Assembly (NCBI GenBank): GCA_947085185.1
Contig: CAMTVK010000006.1
Location: forward strand, 52,721-116,720
Length of the DNA stretch: 64,000 nucleotides
Origin: Candidatus Fraserbacteria bacterium
GTDB lineage: Bacteria > Bipolaricaulota > Bipolaricaulia > RBG-16-55-9 > DRXL01
Direction: 5' to 3'
Each line of letters begins with the position of its first letter. The stretch's first letter is position 1. Positions 59,208 to 64,000 of the stretch are shown here, in pieces. The notes under the pieces are model-generated. The model was not told the DNA's origin. It saw only the letters and a program-made list of their open reading frames with translations, and did no database searches. A program made the position numbers and the translations under genes.

Positions 59208-59265
59208 GTTGACCTCCTCTGGGAGTATTCTACCATTTCGATGGGACTGGGACAAATTCTTCAGT

Positions 59266-59294
59266 TTGACAGAGCCAGGCAAGATGAGTAAAAT
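59266..59294 (+). promoter_or_regulatory. Sigma70 promoter for tRNA-Lys
   Basis: TTGACA-17bp-TAAAAT. Confidence 0.8.
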
Positions 59295-59300
59295 CTTACT

Positions 59301-59372
59301 GGGCCGTTAGCTCAGTGGTAGAGCACCTGCCTTTTAAGCAGGGGGTCGCAGGTTCGATCCCTGCACGGCCTA
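59301..59372 (+). tRNA. tRNA-Lys (TTT)
   Basis: GGGCCGTTAGCTCAG..CTTTTAA..GGTTCGATCCC..ACGGCCTA; no encoded CCA. Confidence 0.93.
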
Positions 59373-59382
59373 CTACACTTCT

Positions 59383-60300
59383 ATGAATATTCTCATCACC
59401 GGCGCGACGGGCTTTCTTGGTCGTCGTCTGTGCGAAGTGCTCCATCAAGCTGGACACACCGTGAGGGCGCTCTCGCGCGACCCCAGCGCAGCCAAGCAAC
59501 GCCTTCCCCTGCTCAGCGAAGCTTTTCTGTGGGACCCGCTCCGTGAGCTGCCCCCGGCTCAAGCGTTTACGGGGTGTGACGCTGTCATCAATCTTGCAGG
59601 GGAGAGCGTCGCCGGCCGGTGGACCAGCGCAAAAAAGCAAGCGATCCAAGAGAGCCGCGTCGTGGGCACAAAGAACTTAGTAGCGAGTTTGGCTCGGCTC
59701 GACTCGCGCCCCAAAGTGCTGATCTCGGCGAGCGCTATTGGGTACTATGGCGACCGTGGAGAGGAGACGCTCACGGAGGAGTCCGCGCCGGGCTCGGATT
59801 TTCTTGCGCGGGTCTGTCAAGAGTGGGAGGGGGAAGCCTTCAAAGCTGAGAGCCTCGGGATGCGGGTGGTGCGGCTGCGGATCGGGCTGGTGGTGGGCCC
59901 TGGGGGCGGAGTACTCCAAGCGATGCTCCCGCTCTTTAGGGCAGGGCTAGGCGGGCCGTTGGGTTCTGGACGCCAGTGGTGGTCCTGGATCCATCGCGAT
60001 GATCTGTGCCAACTGATCGTGCACGTCCTAGCGAGCGAGGGCATCAGTGGGCCGGTCAACGTCACGGCGCCGCAGCCGGTGCGTCAGCGGGAGTTTGCGC
60101 ACGTGTTGGGGGACGTCTTGAGGCGTCCGGCATTCCTGCCCACGCCAGCATGTGTCCTAAAGTTAGTGCTGGGGGAGTTTGCTGGTGGGATCTTAGCGAG
60201 CCAGCGGGTTCTGCCTCGGCGTGCTCAGGAGATGGGGTATCGTTTTCACTTTGGGGAGCTGGAGTCTGCGTTGAGGGACTCTTTGGGTCTGTCTGCTTGA
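59383..60300 (+). CDS. TIGR01777/YfcH-family NAD-dependent oxidoreductase
   Basis: TGATGFLG, INLAGE..RW, SASAIGYYG, FLA.VC..WE, GGPLGSG.QW.SWIH. Confidence 0.92.
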   Translation: MNILITGATGFLGRRLCEVLHQAGHTVRALSRDPSAAKQRLPLLSEAFLWDPLRELPPAQAFTGCDAVINLAGESVAGRWTSAKKQAIQESRVVGTKNLVASLARLDSRPKVLISASAIGYYGDRGEETLTEESAPGSDFLARVCQEWEGEAFKAESLGMRVVRLRIGLVVGPGGGVLQAMLPLFRAGLGGPLGSGRQWWSWIHRDDLCQLIVHVLASEGISGPVNVTAPQPVRQREFAHVLGDVLRRPAFLPTPACVLKLVLGEFAGGILASQRVLPRRAQEMGYRFHFGELESALRDSLGLSA

Positions 60301-60336
60301 CAAAAGGGGGGGCGACAGCTTACAATACTCTCAGAC

Positions 60337-60408
60337 GCGGGCGTAGCTCAGCGGTAGAGCGTCTGCTTGCCATGCAGAAGGTCGCGGGTTCAAATCCCGT
60401 CGCCCGCT
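60337..60408 (+). tRNA. tRNA-Gly (GCC)
   Basis: GCGGGCGTAGCTCAG..TTGCCAT..GGTTCAAATCCC..CGCCCGCT; promoter TTGACA-18-TACAAT at 60297-60326. Confidence 0.93.
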
Positions 60409-60421
60409 CTCCACACCACAA

Positions 60422-60508
60422 GCCGGGGTGGCGGAATTGGCAGACGCTACGGACTTAAAATCCGTTGGAGGTGTCCCCTCCGTGCGGGTTCGAGTCCCGC
60501 CCTCGGCA
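60422..60508 (+). tRNA. tRNA-Leu (TAA)
   Basis: GCCGGGGTGGCGGAATTGGCAGACGC..CTTAAAA, long variable arm, GGTTCGAGTCCC. Confidence 0.93.
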
Positions 60509-60509
60509 C

Positions 60510-60658
60510 TGTAATGGGTCAAGAGATTGTTACCAGGACCCAAACAGTTTGTCAGTTGATCAGTTTTTCAGTTCTCAACTGTAAAACTGTCAAACTGTAA
60601 AACTGTTCCACCTGGGTGCACCAAAACGTTCCGGTAACGATCTCTTGGCGCAGGGACC
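60510..60658. mobile_element. MITE-like mini-element with imperfect terminal inverted repeats
   Basis: GTCAAGAGATTGTTACC vs GGTAACGATCTCTTGGC (15/17 as inverted repeat); right end identical to 19506-19531; directly after tRNA-Leu. Confidence 0.6.
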
Positions 60659-60667
60659 TACTCTCGC

Positions 60668-60696
60668 TTGCAAGAGCTCAATAAACTGAGTATACT
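60668..60696 (+). promoter_or_regulatory. Sigma70 promoter for rpsI-rpmE
   Basis: TTGCAA-17bp-TATACT. Confidence 0.7.
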
Positions 60697-60733
60697 AGTC
60701 TGAATTTTTCAGGAGGAGGTCCGATCTTTCAGG

Positions 60734-61186
60734 ATGACGAATACACAGACAGTGATCAAGCCGCGCTTGCCCAAGGTCCTGCCCGATGGGAAGATCCATG
60801 CCATCGGGCGACGCAAAGAAGCGGTCGCGCGGGTCTTCCTCAAGCCCGGCGACGGCCAGGTCATAGTCAACGGCAAGCCCGCAGAGCATTACTTCGCCGC
60901 CGATGGCTTTATCAAAGACCGCGTCACACAATTGATTCAGAAGCCCTTTGTCGTGACAGGCACGATGGGGCGCTATGACGTCATCGCCACCTGTCGCGGC
61001 GGGGGTTTTACCGGTCAGATGGAGGCCATTCGTTTGGGGATCGCGCGGGCGCTGCTGGCGGTCAACGCTGACTACCGAACAATCTTGCGCAAGGAAGGAC
61101 TACTCACGCGCGATCCACGCATGGTCGAGCGCAAGAAGTACGGCTTCCATAAGGCGCGCCGCGGCCAACAGTTCAGCAAGCGCTAA
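60734..61186 (+). CDS. rpsI: 30S ribosomal protein S9
   Basis: GRRKEAVARV, GGG..GQ..AIRLGIARAL, LTRDPRMVERKKYG..KAR...QFSKR. Confidence 0.97.
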   Translation: MTNTQTVIKPRLPKVLPDGKIHAIGRRKEAVARVFLKPGDGQVIVNGKPAEHYFAADGFIKDRVTQLIQKPFVVTGTMGRYDVIATCRGGGFTGQMEAIRLGIARALLAVNADYRTILRKEGLLTRDPRMVERKKYGFHKARRGQQFSKR

Positions 61187-61198
61187 GGAGAGATCTCT

Positions 61199-61417
61199 AT
61201 GAAGCCGGGCATCCACCCAGAGATGAAACGAGTCGTCATCCGGTGCGCTTGTGGCGCCGAGCTCGAGACGCTCTCGACTGTAGACAACCTTCATGTCGAT
61301 ATCTGCTCCAAGTGCCACCCGTTCTTCACCGGCGAAGAGAAGCTCTTGGACACCGAAGGGCGAGTGCAGCAGTTTGAGCGCCGCTACGGCCTGACCACCA
61401 AGACCAAGAAAAAATAA
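61199..61417 (+). CDS. rpmE: 50S ribosomal protein L31 (Zn-binding form)
   Basis: [29 protein letters not shown]. Confidence 0.97.
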   Translation: MKPGIHPEMKRVVIRCACGAELETLSTVDNLHVDICSKCHPFFTGEEKLLDTEGRVQQFERRYGLTTKTKKK

Positions 61418-61426
61418 GATAGAGTA

Positions 61427-62548
61427 ATGCGCGCTGAGACCAAGGCCGTCCGTGCAGGGTATCAGATTGATCCGGTCACCGGGGCGATCGTCCCACCAGT
61501 GCACCAAGGGGCGACGTTCGCTCAAGAAGAACCCGGAGTCCATAAGGGCTACCCCTACGGGCGCACGGGCAATCCCACTAGGGCGCTCTTAGAAAGAGCT
61601 ATCGCAGAGCTTGAAGGCGGCACGTATGGGTTAGCATTTGCCTCAGGGCTCGCCGCCGAAGATGCGATCCTGCACTTGCTCAAACCCGGGGATCACGTGC
61701 TCTGCTGCGACGACGTCTACGGCGGAACGTATAGACTCTTTGAGCAAGTTCGACGACACTATGGGCTGGAGTTCAGCTACTTCGACACGACCTCGACCAA
61801 GATAGAACTTCAGAAGAACACCAAGCTCATCTGGCTCGAATCCCCAACAAACCCCCTGGTGAAGATCGCAGATATTGAAGCGATCGCGCGCCAGAAGAGA
61901 GACGCCCTGCTTGTTGTGGACAATACGTTTGCCACGCCCTACCTGCAGCGCCCTCTGGAGCTTGGCGCAGATATTATTGTGCACAGCTCGACCAAATATC
62001 TCAGTGGGCATGGTGACGTCATCGGCGGGCTGATCGTCACGTCCACCCCTGAAGTCTACGAGACCTTGAAATTTCTGCAGAACGCCATGGGGGCAGTCCC
62101 CGGCCCTATGGACTGCTGGCTTGTGTTGCGCGGGCTCAAGACGCTCGCGCTGCGCATGCGGGCACACTCCGAGAACGCGCAAGCGATCGCAGAATTTTTG
62201 AGCAAACACCCCAAAGTCGAGCGCGTCTACTATCCGGGATTGGCGACTCATCCAGGACACGAGATTGCCAAACGCCAGATGCACGGGCTCTACAGCGGGA
62301 TGCTCAGTTTTGAGCTGCGCGGCGACGTCAAGAGATTCGTCCAATCTACTCAGCTCTTCACGCTCGCCGAGAACTTAGGAACGGTAGACTCACTCACGAC
62401 TCACCCAGCGACGATGACCCACGCGTCGATCCCACTAGAAGAGCGCGCGCGCCGTGGCATCAAAGAGAACTTAGTCAGGCTCTCCGTGGGCATCGAACAT
62501 GCCCAAGACTTGATCGAAGATCTTCAACAAGCTCTCGAATATGCTTGA
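61427..62548 (+). CDS. Cystathionine gamma-lyase/synthase (Cys/Met PLP enzyme)
   Basis: Y.R.GNPTR, FASGLAA, ESPTNP, DNTF, HSSTKYLSGHGD, RLSVGIE. Confidence 0.93.
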   Translation: MRAETKAVRAGYQIDPVTGAIVPPVHQGATFAQEEPGVHKGYPYGRTGNPTRALLERAIAELEGGTYGLAFASGLAAEDAILHLLKPGDHVLCCDDVYGGTYRLFEQVRRHYGLEFSYFDTTSTKIELQKNTKLIWLESPTNPLVKIADIEAIARQKRDALLVVDNTFATPYLQRPLELGADIIVHSSTKYLSGHGDVIGGLIVTSTPEVYETLKFLQNAMGAVPGPMDCWLVLRGLKTLALRMRAHSENAQAIAEFLSKHPKVERVYYPGLATHPGHEIAKRQMHGLYSGMLSFELRGDVKRFVQSTQLFTLAENLGTVDSLTTHPATMTHASIPLEERARRGIKENLVRLSVGIEHAQDLIEDLQQALEYA

Positions 62549-62584
62549 TAGACTCTGGACTCTACAGACTCTTAAGACCCCATT

Positions 62585-63547
62585 ATGCGCGTTGCTGAGA
62601 ATCTCTTAGGGTTGATTGGGCAGACGCCTATGGTCGCGCTGCGCCGCATCAATCCCGTGGGCGGGGTGCGGCTGCTCGCCAAATTAGAGTATTTTAATCC
62701 CGGCGGCTCTGTAAAAGATCGCATCGGAATCTCTATGATCGAGGCGGCGGAGCGCGAGGGCAAGCTCAAGCAGGGCGGCTGGATCGTCGAGCCCACCAGT
62801 GGGAACACGGGCGTTGGACTCTGTATCGCTGCTATTCTCAAGGGCTATCGGGTCGTCTTCACCATGCCCGACAAAGTCAGCCCGGAGAAGATCGATCTCT
62901 TGAAAGCGTATGGGGCTGAGGTCGTCGTCTGCCCCACGGCCGTCGCCCCTGAAGACCCGCGCAGTTATTACTCTGTGGCCAGACAGATCGCTCGGGAGCG
63001 CCCCGCGGTCTTGCTCAATCAGTATGAGAATTTAGCCAACTGTGAGGCCCATTATCGCACGACTGGGCCGGAGATCTGGGAGCAGACCCAAGGCCAGCTC
63101 GACGCGTTCATCGCGGGGATCGGCACCGGCGGCACGATCAGCGGCGTGGGCAAATTCCTCAAAGAGCGCACCCCCAACGTGAAGATCATCGGGGCCGATC
63201 CCGAAGGTTCGATGATCTACTCTGAGTTTTACAAGCTCCCCCATAACGTGCACACGTATCTCATCGAAGGGATCGGCGAAGATATCATCCCCAAGACGCT
63301 CGATTTCTCCGTTATAGACGAGATCATTCGCGTGACCGACAGAGAAGCGTATCACATGGCGCGGGAGTTAGCGAAGAAAGAAGCGATTCTCACGGGGAGT
63401 TCCGGGGGTGCGGCTCTTGTCGCTGCGCTCAAATATGCAGAAAAAGTTCGAGAGGGAACTCTTGTCGTGCTCATCCCCGACACGGGGCGCCAGTATCTGA
63501 GCAAAGTCTATTCAGACGAATGGCTACGCGCGCACGGGCTGCTCTAA
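62585..63547 (+). CDS. Cystathionine beta-synthase / cysteine synthase family
   Basis: KLEYFNPGGSVKDR, PTSGNTG, CPT.V.PEDPRSYY, GTGGT, EGIG, YLSKVY.DEW. Confidence 0.92.
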   Translation: MRVAENLLGLIGQTPMVALRRINPVGGVRLLAKLEYFNPGGSVKDRIGISMIEAAEREGKLKQGGWIVEPTSGNTGVGLCIAAILKGYRVVFTMPDKVSPEKIDLLKAYGAEVVVCPTAVAPEDPRSYYSVARQIARERPAVLLNQYENLANCEAHYRTTGPEIWEQTQGQLDAFIAGIGTGGTISGVGKFLKERTPNVKIIGADPEGSMIYSEFYKLPHNVHTYLIEGIGEDIIPKTLDFSVIDEIIRVTDREAYHMARELAKKEAILTGSSGGAALVAALKYAEKVREGTLVVLIPDTGRQYLSKVYSDEWLRAHGLL

Positions 63548-63663
63548 TCTTTTTGCTTGGTGCAGTGCTCGGGGGCTGTGCCAAGCTTACTCCACCAGTT
63601 ATTATTAAGAGCATCTTTAGAGTATTTCATTGACGACGTGCGCGTTGAGGTGCGCTAAGCCGT

Positions 63664-64000
63664 TTACTTTCGGAACCCCGGCGGCCAGGGGTAGTCGGGT
63701 GGGCAGAGGTCGGCTTTGAAGTTGCCATACAGCTCATTATTCCCGCCAAAGATCCTGATGAGGGCGCTCTCCCTCCCATTCTCATTCATCAGCAGCCAGC
63801 TCCCCGCTGCCTCCTCGGACATCACGCCGAGGATCACGCCCACGCCGTTCTCGGAGATCTCGTTGCTCTGCAAAGCCCCCTTATACTGAGGGCCAAACGC
63901 CGACGACGGAAGTCTCAGCTCGATCCCCCAGAATCGATTCTTGCACACCGTGCTGTGGGTGAGATATACGCTATCCACCATAAGGCCAGCTTCGTTATCT
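63664..64000 (-). CDS. C-terminal part of a probable right-handed beta-helix protein (partial)
   Basis: Asn/Gly turn repeats (KNRFWGI, SNEISENGVGV, NNELYGN); frame open to window edge. Confidence 0.5.
   Translation of the reverse strand, partial: DNEAGLMVDSVYLTHSTVCKNRFWGIELRLPSSAFGPQYKGALQSNEISENGVGVILGVMSEEAAGSWLLMNENGRESALIRIFGGNNELYGNFKADLCPPDYPWPPGFRK

Noticed and set aside
59301..60508. tRNAs without encoded CCA
   Set aside because: Common in bacteria with CCA-adding enzymes.
59296..60600. ORFs over tRNA genes (59296-59649, 60006-60458, 60331-60543, 60367-60600)
   Set aside because: Typical spurious translations of tRNA sequence.

Overview
Bacterial chromosomal window, moderately GC-rich. 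The gene repertoire suggests Candidatus Bipolaricaulota/Acetothermia (inference only). In order: a partial S8 protease and a secreted fibre-like protein with a C-terminal IMC/Peptidase_G2 domain; a ~13.6 kb minus-strand surface-glycan locus (five GT4s, a GT-C, a DPM1-like GT2, EamA/ArnE-like flippases with one broken, uxs, ugd, wzm/wzt); a ~3.1 kb toxin-antitoxin island (hicBA, deleted HEPN + MNT, archaeal/eukaryote-type GlcNAc-1-P transferase, HEPN-MNT, Uma2 stub); lgt, lptB/lptC and an archaeal-type pyrG; a Moco/Wco cluster; two peptide ABC operons; housekeeping genes (rpmF, dtd, gpmI, menG, rnhA, mazG, rpsI, rpmE, transsulfuration pair); four tRNAs; several secreted beta-propeller proteins. 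Main candidates for new biology: (1) a 25-26 bp inverted-end motif that brackets both the TA/GPT island and a ~150 bp mini-element after tRNA-Leu, with no transposase in the window; (2) a ZAS anti-sigma-like membrane protein paired with an unrecognisable partner instead of a canonical ECF sigma; (3) an OppD ATPase with an inserted RimP-C/Sm-like domain; (4) stand-alone Shine-Dalgarno sites in three 5' UTRs; (5) a possible lipid-linked xylose transfer pathway. No CRISPR array or rRNA seen. All calls come from manual motif reading; no database searches were run.
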